Assembly: GCA_964353175.1 (NCBI GenBank) | Contig: CAYGUX010000013.1 | Span: 544-64,543 of the forward strand | DNA: 64,000 bases | Source of the DNA: an uncultured Bdellovibrionales bacterium | Lineage (GTDB): Bacteria; Bdellovibrionota_C; UBA2361; SZUA-149; DAOLCO01 | Direction of reading: 5' to 3' | Shown here: in pieces, positions 39,875-50,472 of the stretch | Numbering within the stretch: position 1 is the stretch's first letter | Layout of the letters: each line of letters opens with the position of its first letter | The notes under the pieces: model-generated | The model's database searches: none | Told to the model about the DNA's origin: nothing | Seen by the model: the letters and a program-made list of their open reading frames with translations, nothing else | Translations under genes and position numbers: made by a program

Positions 39875-42800
39875 CTAGATAGACTTAGTTAATTCTTGAA
39901 CATCTACTTTTCCACTACCAAGAACTGGCAATTTATTCAAAATTCTTATTTCCTTTGGAAATGATAATTCAGACAAACCACTAGATCTGAGTGCTTCAAA
40001 TAACTGATCCTTCTCTAGAGAACTCAAAGTTGTAAATAAAATTAACCTTTCACCTTTTTTGGCGTCAGGTATCGCTATCACTGAATGTTGATTATCTCGC
40101 CATTTCGCATCCAATACTTGTTCTATCGCTGTTAAGGAAACCATCTCTCCCCCAATCTTTGCAAACCGCTTCGCTCGTCCTTTTATGCTAATAAAGCCTT
40201 GCGAATCTACCTGAACAATATCACCTGTATCATACCACTCAGACTCTAAAGGTTGCAAAACTCCAGGTTGATCAATCTTTAAGTAACCTTTCATCACATT
40301 TGGTCCCTTAACAAACAATCGAGCACCCTCTTCGATCCCAGGTATAGCGTCCAAGCGATACTCCACTCCAGGAACAAACCTACCGACTGTACCCATCTTT
40401 GTGTAAAAAGGATTATTCACAGCCAACACAGGAGAGGTCTCTGTAGCACCATAGCCTTCAAAAATACGAATACCAAAACGTTCATTGTACTGAGTACGAA
40501 CTGCCTCAGAAAGTCTCTCAGCACCAGAGAATATATATCGAAGGGAAAAGAAATCATAAGGGTGGGCGTAATTAGCGTAAGCTCCTAAGAAAGTAGGCGT
40601 ACCAAAAAGAATTGTAGAAGACTCGCTATATATAACCTCAGGAATAATACGATAATGAAGTGGAGAAGGATATAGATACACAGACACTCCCTTAATTAAC
40701 GGCATTAAAGTTCCACCCGTAAGCCCAAAGGAATGAAACATTGGCAAAGCATTAAATACACTATCAGAACTTACCAAAGGAATATTCGCTGTAACTTGAT
40801 CGATGTTATTTAGTAGATTTCCATGACTTAGTACTACCCCCTTCGGAGTCCCCTCTGAACCAGACGTAAACAAAACTACTGCTTCATCCGTTTCTGATCC
40901 AGGGATATAATCAACTCCACGAAAAGAAGCTGATATTTTTTCCAATTTATACTTTACTATGGCCTTAAACTTATCTACTTTAGTAAATGTAGTCTGTAGA
41001 TCCTCTAAATGGAGAACTTCCACACCACTATTCTCTAAAACACTAATATGCTCTCCCAACTTTCCAAGTTCAATAAATTTCCTTGAAGTAACAATTGACT
41101 TTAAATTGGCAACATTACATGTAGAGAGTAATTGCTCAGGAGCATGAGAATAATTTAAAAGAGCAGGTACTTTTCTAGCCCACTGAAATGCAAAAAAGAA
41201 AACCAGCATGCTAACACCATTTGGCAAAAGCAAACCTACTCGGGAATCAGTACTCGAACTATTTTTTAACAGTTGAGCTGCCACATAACTATTCCTCATT
41301 AACATCTTATACGTTATCGCTCCGCCAAGAGCATCACGGACAATTAGTTTACTTGGAACAACCCGATTAGAAACCTCTCGAATCGAATGTAGTAAGGTTG
41401 GTCCTCTTCTATTCGTTTCATAAATCATATTAGTCATCAGATCATATAAGGCAGTACCCAATGCCTCTCTTCGCTCTCGACTCGCTAAATCTCCATCAAT
41501 TTTCAAATGAACAGGCTCGCAAACCGTCATAGATAACTTAGGAAAGAATTTCCATTGCAAGATATTTTTAGCTCTTGAGAAGAAAGAATATTGAAACCCA
41601 TCTAGTCGAATAGGAATGATTGGAGCATCTGCTTTTTCAGCAATTAGAGCAGGACCTTCATAGACCTTCATTAAAGCACCGGTCACTGTAATTCGACCTT
41701 CTGGGAATATTACAACCTTCTTATTCTGCTTAACTCGATCGATGAGCATCCTAATCGCCATTGGGTTTGCTGGATCGATAGGTATTAGATCAAAACAAGC
41801 CATCGCAGGCTTCATCCACCATAATTTTGAAATTTCAGTGTTTACAGCAAACGTAACTCTTTCTGGACAATAGGCAGCTAACATTACCGCATCTAAGAAT
41901 GAAAGGTGATTCGCGATAATTACTGCTTTCGGCCCGACTTTAGCAAAGTTCTCTAAGCCACTAACTTCCGCTCTAAAAAAGCTCTTAAAAACAATTCGTA
42001 AAACGCTTCTAAAAAGCTGGTCTGGTAGAAGCAGACACGCATAAATACCAGCAAAGATATTAAAAAGAACGAGGACTAACAACACAAAGGAAACACTAAC
42101 TCCTAGTTTAAACAACAAAGAGATAACAACACTTCCTAAAACCATAAAAAGAGCATTTAGAATATTATTCCCAGCAACCACTTGAGACCTCTCCTCCAAA
42201 GTAGCAGACCGCTGCAAAAGACCATATAGGGGCACTATAAAGATCCCTGCAAAAACAGACGTCGAAAATAGACAAAGTAAAATTAGACAGGCTCTAATAT
42301 AAGGAAAATCTAAAGGTTCTGGTAAAGAGCTTACGATAGGGCTAGGTAGTAATAGATAAAATCCAAAAAGCGAAATAGCCATCCCCAAAGCTGAAATAGG
42401 AACCCACGTCGCAACAATCTCTTTATTCAATATCTTACCACATAACAAAGAACCAACTCCTACGCCGATGGAGAATACGGTAAAAAATATAGTTACATAA
42501 TAGTCAGGCCCATTCAGAACGTCTTTTACAATCAGAGCAAACAGGGAAATTAAAATTGCACCAAGAGTCCAAAACCATGAAATCCCTATACTTAATAAAT
42601 AAGTGTTACGATCAAAATAAATTCTCTTCAATAGACCGACCGTACTCTTCCGAACGATTAAAGTATCATTTGCAGGCTTAGCACTGGGAATATAGAAACT
42701 AGACAAAATGCCAATTATCGAGAAACTAAGAGCTAGAGCTGATACTACATAAATTCCTCCACTGAATCCGACTGCCAAACTTCCTAAGATCGTCCCAAGC

Positions 42801-43258
42801 AATATTCCAACGTTAGTACCAGCCTCGATTAAGCCATTCGCTTCCATTAACTCCTCAGCTTTTAAATGTTGAGGAGGAAGGGAATATTTAATAGGCCCAA
42901 AAAATGCAGAATGGATTCCTAAACCTACAACTGCTAACACTGAAAACCATAAACTATCCGTGAATAAGGCATAGATGGCAATCAAAACAACTGCCAACTC
43001 CGCAAATTTCACCAATTTTATAATGTACTCTTTCGGTTTTATATCAGCGAGGTACCCTGCAAAGGCCGAACAAATAAAGAAAGGACTCATAAAAACTGCC
43101 AACAGAAGAAATATCGCCACCTCTGGAGATAAAGAACCACTTAGACCTTTGAAGGCAATTAACATTTCAAAAGATCTTCTAATTAAAGAATCGTTAAATG
43201 TCCCACCAAACATGGCGATAAAGAATGGTAGAAATTGCCTTGTTTTAAGAAGTTTCAT
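39875..43258 (-). CDS. aas: MFS (LplT)-acyltransferase-acyl-ACP synthetase fusion (Aas type)
   Basis: MFS N-terminus (FFGPIKYS.PP), NHLSFLD/FPEG acyltransferase, FTSGSEGTPKG, GYGATE, WYDTGD and SGKVD AMP-binding motifs. Confidence 0.94.
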   Translation of the reverse strand: MKLLKTRQFLPFFIAMFGGTFNDSLIRRSFEMLIAFKGLSGSLSPEVAIFLLLAVFMSPFFICSAFAGYLADIKPKEYIIKLVKFAELAVVLIAIYALFTDSLWFSVLAVVGLGIHSAFFGPIKYSLPPQHLKAEELMEANGLIEAGTNVGILLGTILGSLAVGFSGGIYVVSALALSFSIIGILSSFYIPSAKPANDTLIVRKSTVGLLKRIYFDRNTYLLSIGISWFWTLGAILISLFALIVKDVLNGPDYYVTIFFTVFSIGVGVGSLLCGKILNKEIVATWVPISALGMAISLFGFYLLLPSPIVSSLPEPLDFPYIRACLILLCLFSTSVFAGIFIVPLYGLLQRSATLEERSQVVAGNNILNALFMVLGSVVISLLFKLGVSVSFVLLVLVLFNIFAGIYACLLLPDQLFRSVLRIVFKSFFRAEVSGLENFAKVGPKAVIIANHLSFLDAVMLAAYCPERVTFAVNTEISKLWWMKPAMACFDLIPIDPANPMAIRMLIDRVKQNKKVVIFPEGRITVTGALMKVYEGPALIAEKADAPIIPIRLDGFQYSFFSRAKNILQWKFFPKLSMTVCEPVHLKIDGDLASRERREALGTALYDLMTNMIYETNRRGPTLLHSIREVSNRVVPSKLIVRDALGGAITYKMLMRNSYVAAQLLKNSSSTDSRVGLLLPNGVSMLVFFFAFQWARKVPALLNYSHAPEQLLSTCNVANLKSIVTSRKFIELGKLGEHISVLENSGVEVLHLEDLQTTFTKVDKFKAIVKYKLEKISASFRGVDYIPGSETDEAVVLFTSGSEGTPKGVVLSHGNLLNNIDQVTANIPLVSSDSVFNALPMFHSFGLTGGTLMPLIKGVSVYLYPSPLHYRIIPEVIYSESSTILFGTPTFLGAYANYAHPYDFFSLRYIFSGAERLSEAVRTQYNERFGIRIFEGYGATETSPVLAVNNPFYTKMGTVGRFVPGVEYRLDAIPGIEEGARLFVKGPNVMKGYLKIDQPGVLQPLESEWYDTGDIVQVDSQGFISIKGRAKRFAKIGGEMVSLTAIEQVLDAKWRDNQHSVIAIPDAKKGERLILFTTLSSLEKDQLFEALRSSGLSELSFPKEIRILNKLPVLGSGKVDVQELTKSI

Positions 43259-43267
43259 TGAATTAAC

Positions 43268-45037
43268 CTAATTTCCTTTTGGGGGTATTAATGGGAGGAT
43301 GATCTGAGATGGATATTTTTTAGAATGATATATTCGCTGTTTAGCAACCTTCCAATCAAACTCAAGGTCACTTTTTTCGCTCGTATTAAAGTTTCTGTCA
43401 AAACGAGGGAAATTACTACTTGAAATCTCAATTCGTATTTGATGGCCGGGCAAGAACACATAACTAGTAGGCCACAACTCTACTTCAATTTTTTCAGGCT
43501 TATTTAAATTGCCTTTATATAGCTTTCTTAATATCCCATCAGTAACATTATAAACATCACCGTTAGGGTAAACATCCACCAACTTAACTGTAAAATCTGT
43601 GTTTTTTACATCCGTTGAAACATACAGAACTGCCTTAATGGGCCCCGTCGCTTCTAATCTTCCTTCTAAAATTGGTAAAGAATATATCAATATATCAGAC
43701 CTGCTTTCAATATCATTCTGCCGATATACTCCCGCTCGATCACTAAACATCGCTCCGCCAACTGTTGGAACGGGATCTTCTGGATTATATTGATACTCAT
43801 CAAACTCTTTAGTGGAGTTAGTTAAGAGCAATTTTAAACTTCCATCACCTGCGCTAGAATTTGCACCTTGATCACTGCTAAGATAAAAAGGAGTACTCAT
43901 AGTCCTCTCTAAAGGCCATTCATCTTCCTTCCGCCAGATGTTCTCTCCCATTACAAATAATCGTACTTTGGGAATTTCAGAGAGGCTTCCATTTATGCCA
44001 AGCAATGCATCAAACCAAGCCGTTGTTAATAAAACACTTTTGCTCTTATAATTAGCATCAGATTCAAACTCTGGTATCTCTATCTCTTGACCATACTTCC
44101 ATGGACCAACGACCAAGCGAGTCGATTCAGAAATAGCGGAATCCTTATTCTTCATGATATTTTCATAATCGCCCAATTGAGAAGGCAAAAAAGGATCAAA
44201 CCAACCACTAATCAAAAGTGCGGGGGCCTGGACTTTTAAATTGCGATTTTTTCCATCAATACTTTCCCAATAGGTCGTATCACTTTTATTAAGAATCCAA
44301 TCATTGTAATATCGAGCGTCTCCAAATGCATAATCATCTGCTTTTAATATCGGTAAGGCATTTATCCCTTCTTTTAAATCGTCCGCGGTAATTTCACTCT
44401 CTTCCGCTAAGCTATTCATCATCGCCCAAGAAAGAGCACTATCTAAGGAAAACGCACCGCCAGGATATAACATGTCATAAAAATTGGAGCTCACATTCTG
44501 CATGGACATACCAGCTAAACCAGAATCTTTTTGGTCAGCAATAGACCAAGCAGATTGACCAAAAGATGAGAACCCCCAAGTTAGCACACTCCCATCATAC
44601 CAAGCCTGCGTGCCCAACCACTTAAGCATCTCAATACTATCCTCTCGATCACTCACAAGTGGAGCAAACTCTCCACCTGATTTATATCGGCCCCTAAGAC
44701 CTTGAATGACCACGACATAACCCCTACTAGCCCAATGTTCCGCTAAAAATCTAGCCATCAGTCCATTACTGAAAGTATCTGCAAAAGGAAAACTTACAAG
44801 AATAGTTGGAGCGGTCTCAATCCCATCAGGAAGATAAATATCAGCAATTAAATCAATCCCATCCTTAGAAAAAAAACTTACTCCCTCACTTTTACTAACA
44901 GAGTGAGTCGATGGCCGAAGCTCACTGGAAGCAAGATACAAATTATCATTTAAGAGATTTATGCCATAGGAGCATCCATAGAAAGAAGACAGAATAAATA
45001 TAAGAACAAAAACTCTCATTTTCCCATATACCGACAT
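43268..45037 (-). CDS. CocE/NonD family hydrolase lipoprotein (start probably ATG 45019)
   Basis: DGIDLIADIYLP, RGRYKSGG, WGFSSFG, GWFD and SSSNFPRFDRN motifs; lipobox FYGC. Confidence 0.9.
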   Translation of the reverse strand: MSVYGKMRVFVLIFILSSFYGCSYGINLLNDNLYLASSELRPSTHSVSKSEGVSFFSKDGIDLIADIYLPDGIETAPTILVSFPFADTFSNGLMARFLAEHWASRGYVVVIQGLRGRYKSGGEFAPLVSDREDSIEMLKWLGTQAWYDGSVLTWGFSSFGQSAWSIADQKDSGLAGMSMQNVSSNFYDMLYPGGAFSLDSALSWAMMNSLAEESEITADDLKEGINALPILKADDYAFGDARYYNDWILNKSDTTYWESIDGKNRNLKVQAPALLISGWFDPFLPSQLGDYENIMKNKDSAISESTRLVVGPWKYGQEIEIPEFESDANYKSKSVLLTTAWFDALLGINGSLSEIPKVRLFVMGENIWRKEDEWPLERTMSTPFYLSSDQGANSSAGDGSLKLLLTNSTKEFDEYQYNPEDPVPTVGGAMFSDRAGVYRQNDIESRSDILIYSLPILEGRLEATGPIKAVLYVSTDVKNTDFTVKLVDVYPNGDVYNVTDGILRKLYKGNLNKPEKIEVELWPTSYVFLPGHQIRIEISSSNFPRFDRNFNTSEKSDLEFDWKVAKQRIYHSKKYPSQIILPLIPPKGN

Positions 45038-45395
45038 TTAAAAATAACCCTAACTCTAAATTTCCTCTAATCCAACTTTATATCTAGTTGCAATGAACTA
45101 ACAGAGATAAGTAACAAACCCACGAAACCACACAAAAACCACGCATAATTAGATGCCCACTTCACAACCTAAGGCTCATAATAATATAAATACCGACTCT
45201 ACTCATTAGAAATTCTGCTCTTAGTTGGAACAGAAAGATAACTTGTAGATTTCAAGCAGACAATTGTGCAGTATTAAAGTGGTATTATTCGCTTATGCTG
45301 AGACTCGGTGACACACCAAAAGGATAAAAAAGAGAATGGATAAGGCGACTTTTATTAAATGTATAAGGTGGTTAAGTTAGTAGGTAGGCCACTAG
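44849..45395 (+). repeat. Long direct repeat copy 1 (cocE 5' end, upstream region and first short repeat)
   Basis: Aligns by eye with 57029-57590; about 20 mismatches in the first 190 bp. Confidence 0.92.
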
Positions 45396-45403
45396 TCTAC
45401 AGG
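45367..45403 (+). repeat. Island repeat R1 (type A)
   Basis: GGTGGTTAAGTTAGTAGGTAGGCCACTAGTCTACAGG; 33/37 identical to 56183-56219. Confidence 0.9.
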
Positions 45404-45405
45404 AA

Positions 45406-47094
45406 TTACTCTTTTGCACTGCCATTTTGCCAATATATCTGGCCCAAACCAAAAATCAAATCAGTTAGAATTTTCTTAAAAACGGAACTGAGACTTAAGT
45501 TTACAAAGCCTTCCCTACTCCATAATCGTTCAAACTTTTTACCCCTTCTATGAGCAACGCATGTGGAACGTACACTCTGAATGAGTAATAAAGAATTTAC
45601 TAAACCTTCTCCGCAATTAATTTTCTGTAAATCAAAGAAAAGTTCTAACCTTTTGATCCCCTCTAAATTACTCTCTTTTGGAATAAATTTAGCTATCTCA
45701 GATTGATTCAATGAATCAACCATAAGCTTAGTTAAAGACAAAATTTGACCGTCAAACTCTTCCTCGCCATCGTCTAAAGGAATCCTAAAACTTTTTTTCC
45801 TATACTGATCTTCCGCACGCAAATCCTTAAACAATTCCCAGCCAAAACTAGATTTCCATTTTTGATTGAATTCTTTTAGTTTCTTTAATAATATAAAATC
45901 TAATCGTTCCGCATCTGCCCATATTCCCAGCATATCTCTCTTGATTTTCACATCACTAAGACCAATCCCATTTGGAGCTATATTAAAGCTTTTCCAATAT
46001 AGTTGTTCCTTATTAGTTATCTGCTCACCCAAGTAACACAAATATACTATGACCTCATTCTCTTGATGATTATCTATATCAAGAATCTGTCCTGATTTAA
46101 ATTTTATATAACTATCCCCTACTTCATACTTATCTGTATTGCTATAATATTTTTTTAATACCTCTTTCTTAAAATATACTGGAGTCAGTTGATGAGGAGC
46201 TCCTTCGTTCCCGCCAAAGTAGTCGGCTAATTTATCTGGATCGCATGTAAAAGAACTTTCATCACCCATCTCATCAATTCCTATAATAAATTCTTCATAC
46301 TTACGAGTTCTATCTAACGGCCATTCTTCATTTTCATTTAAAGGAGTTGGTGGAAAGACAATCTTACCAAGTAAACGAGAATTGGATTTGAAATTTCTAC
46401 TTGCAAAATGTCCGCAATTTTGAAATGAAACATTAAAATTGTGGTATATATCCACGTCTAAAATACACTCCCTTTCTGAAAGTTCGTATTCTTCGATATC
46501 CGATAAAGAGAATTTAAAAATATCAAAAAAAAGCAATAACCCTTGCTGAGTGTATTTTAAGTACTGTCTTAGTTCTCTTTGTCTAACTTGAACTAAATTA
46601 TTAATCATAGTTATTACAGTTCTTTCCTCTCCGTCTTCATTATAGCAAACAAATTTCTGATCTTTATGAACGAAGTGCAAATTGTGAAAAAGTATGAACT
46701 CTTGAAGGACTTCCTGATAAATCACATTTTTCATTTCCCAAAATCTGTGGTGTATAAGGGGTTTAAAACCTTCCTTATCTCCTACTTCAAAATATTTTGA
46801 TTTCAATTGTCCATACTCAAAGCTGGTGATCGTGCCAGGAATACAGTCTCCAAGTCTAATATCCCAATTGTAATTTCGACAACATTCGGCTATTTTGCTC
46901 TTTATGACTAATGAAGAATATATTCCAACACTGTTTTGTGAACCCTTTAATTCGGATAGGCTATATACAGTAATCCAATCTTCTTTTAAGAACTGATATT
47001 TTAGATAGTCTCTTATCTCAGAGAATATTAGATCTTCTTTGGATGTCACATCTCTGTCCACTAATTCCTTGATAATGTTCATAATTATAGACAT
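45406..47094 (-). CDS. Conserved hypothetical defence-island protein with candidate C-terminal HEPN motif
   Basis: 562-aa AT-rich ORF; YFGGNEGAPHQLTPVYFKKEVL and EQLYWKSFNI blocks; C-terminal RSTCVAH (Rx5H). Confidence 0.65.
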   Translation of the reverse strand: MSIIMNIIKELVDRDVTSKEDLIFSEIRDYLKYQFLKEDWITVYSLSELKGSQNSVGIYSSLVIKSKIAECCRNYNWDIRLGDCIPGTITSFEYGQLKSKYFEVGDKEGFKPLIHHRFWEMKNVIYQEVLQEFILFHNLHFVHKDQKFVCYNEDGEERTVITMINNLVQVRQRELRQYLKYTQQGLLLFFDIFKFSLSDIEEYELSERECILDVDIYHNFNVSFQNCGHFASRNFKSNSRLLGKIVFPPTPLNENEEWPLDRTRKYEEFIIGIDEMGDESSFTCDPDKLADYFGGNEGAPHQLTPVYFKKEVLKKYYSNTDKYEVGDSYIKFKSGQILDIDNHQENEVIVYLCYLGEQITNKEQLYWKSFNIAPNGIGLSDVKIKRDMLGIWADAERLDFILLKKLKEFNQKWKSSFGWELFKDLRAEDQYRKKSFRIPLDDGEEEFDGQILSLTKLMVDSLNQSEIAKFIPKESNLEGIKRLELFFDLQKINCGEGLVNSLLLIQSVRSTCVAHRRGKKFERLWSREGFVNLSLSSVFKKILTDLIFGLGQIYWQNGSAKE

Positions 47095-47323
47095 CCTTCT
47101 AAAATTTAAAATTCAACATAAGCCATCTACTTTCAGCAAAACAACTAAAAAACTCTGTTGAGAATGTAAAAACAGATTCGAACTAACTTCCAATTAGATG
47201 ACAGATTATCGGTGCAGCCAGAAATAGATGCGACAAATTCGACCTGAATTTCAAAACTATTTATATAAGCCTTCAATTCACCAAACTACCTAATTTTCTG
47301 AAGAGATGATAAGATTTGAAAAA

Positions 47324-48586
47324 TTAACCAAGAAAGTGGCCTCTAATAATTGAATTTAGCGTTTCTATCTTTTTTTTAATTTCGTCAAAAGTAACTATCT
47401 CAACGTCGCGATTATTATTCCTAAAAAGTTCGAAAGCATATCTCTGCTTTCTATTTAGTGCCCCTAATGACCCAGCGAGTACGTAGCAGGTAGAACCTAT
47501 CGACTCAAATTCTTGTTCACTATTCAATTTAAGTGTAGCATACGATTTTTGAAAGTTATCACGTTGATTTAAGACTTGGTTAATACTCCCTCCCAATTCT
47601 CTTGTTGTACTAAAAACATCATTACCCCTATATGCTCTATCTTCTAAAAGCTTCGTTAAATGTGTTTTAATTTCAAAAAAAGCGACGTTCTCACTTAAAC
47701 TACTCTTGATTAAAATGTCAGTATATTTACCATTTTTATTGTCAATGGACTTTCCGCCTGTATAAGCCTCATCTTGAAATAAAATTACAGGTTGAGCGAA
47801 TATAGATGAAAATATCCAAGCATTATTTCTAAGGTATTTCTGCCATTTTTTTTCCAATGCAGTTACCATTTTATTTTGTGAAAATAGATCTTCAAATTCG
47901 GATAACGCACTCTCTATTAATCGGATATCGACAATTTCCTTTGTGCTTTTGAGTGATTCTAAGGATAAAAAATCAGTAGTTGATGATAATGATTCAAAAA
48001 GTTCCATGATCGCTTTCTTATCTTGCTCGGAGAATTCGTCTATTGCATTTCCCCATGTCGCAAGGGATAAAGACAACGCATTTTTTATATATTTAACATT
48101 ATGTTTCTCTATTTGTTTAGGAAAAAGATCATGCAAAAGACCTGTCAACACAACTTCAATTTCAGCTTTATTTTTTGCAAAAACAGCAGTAAAAGCGCCG
48201 TTCATCTTTTTCAAAGATAGTTCATTCAAATATAGCAATTTAGAAGTGCTATCAATCTTTGTGCAGCCACCCTTCTCTATAATAATTTCTCTGAACTCAA
48301 AATTTTTATCAAAATATCTAGCTACTGGTGCTAAAGTCTTCGTAAAGCCATACCCATAGAACGGTGACTTTATCATCCCAACCGGAATTTTCCCTCCAAA
48401 ACCAATAAATGATACCTTCTTTATTGTTTTATATTTTTGTCCTCCTTCAAAACCTCTGGGGTAATGCACCTCTAAATCTCGATTCTTAAAAACCTCTCTA
48501 GACAGTTGATCTATTCGTTCATCATCATCTACAAAATGGTAGACTTCTTTAGTCTTAAGATCTCGCTTCAGAATTTCTTCTTTCAT
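47324..48586 (-). CDS. sduA: Shedu anti-phage nuclease SduA (DUF4263)
   Basis: EKKWQ.YL..NAWIF, EAYTGGK, TDIL, FEIKT, ELGGSINQVLNQ and FELFR...VEIVTFDE motifs. Confidence 0.85.
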   Translation of the reverse strand: MKEEILKRDLKTKEVYHFVDDDERIDQLSREVFKNRDLEVHYPRGFEGGQKYKTIKKVSFIGFGGKIPVGMIKSPFYGYGFTKTLAPVARYFDKNFEFREIIIEKGGCTKIDSTSKLLYLNELSLKKMNGAFTAVFAKNKAEIEVVLTGLLHDLFPKQIEKHNVKYIKNALSLSLATWGNAIDEFSEQDKKAIMELFESLSSTTDFLSLESLKSTKEIVDIRLIESALSEFEDLFSQNKMVTALEKKWQKYLRNNAWIFSSIFAQPVILFQDEAYTGGKSIDNKNGKYTDILIKSSLSENVAFFEIKTHLTKLLEDRAYRGNDVFSTTRELGGSINQVLNQRDNFQKSYATLKLNSEQEFESIGSTCYVLAGSLGALNRKQRYAFELFRNNNRDVEIVTFDEIKKKIETLNSIIRGHFLG

Positions 48587-48775
48587 AAATAACTTACTGT
48601 AAAAACTTTTATTTTATAGAAAGTCAATTATACAAATCACGACACCTAAAGTAAAATGCGATACCATAGCGCCCCCATCTCCTCATTGTTAATAGAATTG
48701 GCACCATGAATTCTACTCAGCGCTTAGGATAATCAAATTTCAGTTTCTTCGGAAACTTAGATCTTAAAGTAAAGT

Positions 48776-48840
48776 CAGGTAGTTAAATAAGTAGGCAGGT
48801 GGTTAAATAGGTACGTAGGCTACTAGCCGACTCTAACTAA
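48776..48840 (+). repeat. Island repeat R2 (partial type A plus type B)
   Basis: CAGGTAGTTAAATAAGTAGG-CAGGTGGTTAAATAGGTACGTAGGCTACTAGCCGACTCTAACTAA. Confidence 0.92.
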
Positions 48841-48859
48841 TTACTCCCCCTATGCCACA

Positions 48860-50470
48860 TCAAAGCGGAAGTAAAGGCAAACCGAGTTCCTTTAAAAATT
48901 CATTATGTTTCATTGTAGCTTTATAAATAGTTTTCTCAATTTCAACAATTGAGCTATGCACTTTTTCAAGATCGATCTTCTCTTCTTCTTTTGCAGTACT
49001 CACGTATCTGGAAATGTTTAGATTAAAATCATTCTTTTCAATCTCCTCCATTGAAACTCTTTTCGAATATCGATCTTCTTCCTTACGAAACTGATACGTA
49101 TCAATAATTTTTCTGATATGTTCAGGAAGGAGTTGGTTTTGTCGTTTACCTTTTTCAAAGTGTTCACTCGCATTGACGATAAGTACGTCATCGTATTTTT
49201 TACATTTCTTTAAGACAAGTATGCAGACCGGAATACCAGTTGAAAAGAATAAGTTAGCGGGAAGACCAATTACTGTATCAATGTGATTATCTTTTAGAAG
49301 TTTGGTGCGAATTTTAGATTCTGCACCTCCACGAAATAGAACCCCATGTGGCAAAATAATAGCCATGGTACCTTCATCACTTAAGAAATGGAATCCATGC
49401 AAAAGAAAGGCAAAGTCGGCGGCAGACTTTGGCGCGAGGCCATGACCTTTAAAACGAAAATCTTCACCAATAGCTTCACTTGGTTCCCACCGATAGCTAA
49501 ATGGGGGATTAGCCACCACCGCGTCGCATTGAAGTTTCTTAGCTGGATTCATCTCACTCAGAACATTCCAATCATTAAGAAGGGTATCGCCATGATGAAT
49601 TTCAAACTCAGAATCTTTCATACCGTGCAACAGCATATTCATCCGGGCAAGGTTGTAGGTGGTAATGTTCTTTTCTTGTCCGTATATTTTTCCAATACTG
49701 TTCGGGCCAAGTTGATTTCGCACATTGAGTAGCAATGATCCCGAACCACATGCAAAGTCTAATATCTTGCTGAGTTTTTTCTTTTTACCGCTTGATGGGT
49801 CTTGACTGTCTAGCGTTACTATCTCAGACAATATGCTTGAAATCTGCTGAGGTGTGTAGAATTCTCCCGCCTTTTTACCAGATCCTGCAGCAAACTGACC
49901 GATTAAGTACTCATAGGCATCGCCTAGGGCATCGCTGTCAGCAGAAAAATCAGCAATTCCTTCAGCGATCTTGGTGATGATCGTGCAGAGTTTAGCATTT
50001 CTTTGGGTATAGTTTTTACCAAGCTTCTCAGAGTCGAGATTAATCTCAGAAAATAACCCGCGAAAACTATTTTCAAAAGATTTATTCTCAATGTATTTAA
50101 AGCCCTTTTGCAAAGTAAGCAAAAGATCCTTATCTTGAATTCTAGCAAGCTCTGAGATATTGCTCCAAAGATACTCAGGCTCTAAAACATAATGCACCTT
50201 ACGACGCATTTGTTTTTCAAAAGCTAGTATATCTTCAGAGTTCTTTTCATACCAAACACGAAGAGGTGGCCGTTTATCGTCTTCAGGAAGCTTCGGATAG
50301 TCTGACTGCAACTCCTTCTCTGCTGCAATTTCATAGTTACCAGATAAATATCTTAAAAAGATAAAGGACAACATATAATCCCGAAAATCATCGGCATTCA
50401 TCGCCCCGCGTAAATCATCCGCAATCGCCCAAAGAGTGATACCTAGTTTATTTCGCTGTTCTTCTGTCAT
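48860..50470 (-). CDS. hsdM: Type I R-M methyltransferase subunit
   Basis: LWAIADDLRG, GEFYTP, DFACGSGSLL, ANPPFS and LPHGVLFRG motifs. Confidence 0.97.
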   Translation of the reverse strand: MTEEQRNKLGITLWAIADDLRGAMNADDFRDYMLSFIFLRYLSGNYEIAAEKELQSDYPKLPEDDKRPPLRVWYEKNSEDILAFEKQMRRKVHYVLEPEYLWSNISELARIQDKDLLLTLQKGFKYIENKSFENSFRGLFSEINLDSEKLGKNYTQRNAKLCTIITKIAEGIADFSADSDALGDAYEYLIGQFAAGSGKKAGEFYTPQQISSILSEIVTLDSQDPSSGKKKKLSKILDFACGSGSLLLNVRNQLGPNSIGKIYGQEKNITTYNLARMNMLLHGMKDSEFEIHHGDTLLNDWNVLSEMNPAKKLQCDAVVANPPFSYRWEPSEAIGEDFRFKGHGLAPKSAADFAFLLHGFHFLSDEGTMAIILPHGVLFRGGAESKIRTKLLKDNHIDTVIGLPANLFFSTGIPVCILVLKKCKKYDDVLIVNASEHFEKGKRQNQLLPEHIRKIIDTYQFRKEEDRYSKRVSMEEIEKNDFNLNISRYVSTAKEEEKIDLEKVHSSIVEIEKTIYKATMKHNEFLKELGLPLLPL

Positions 50471-50472
50471 AA

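Noticed and set aside
45356-45382. dif/pdif-like site (TAAATGTATAA-GGTGG-TTAAGTTAGTA)
   Set aside because: The spacer is 5 bp rather than 6, the XerD arm is poor, and the other repeat copies lack the XerC-like arm.
47283-47295. Possible inverted island repeat between the 562-aa gene and Shedu (AAACTACCTAA)
   Set aside because: Only about 9 bp match and the GGCYACTAGCC core is absent.
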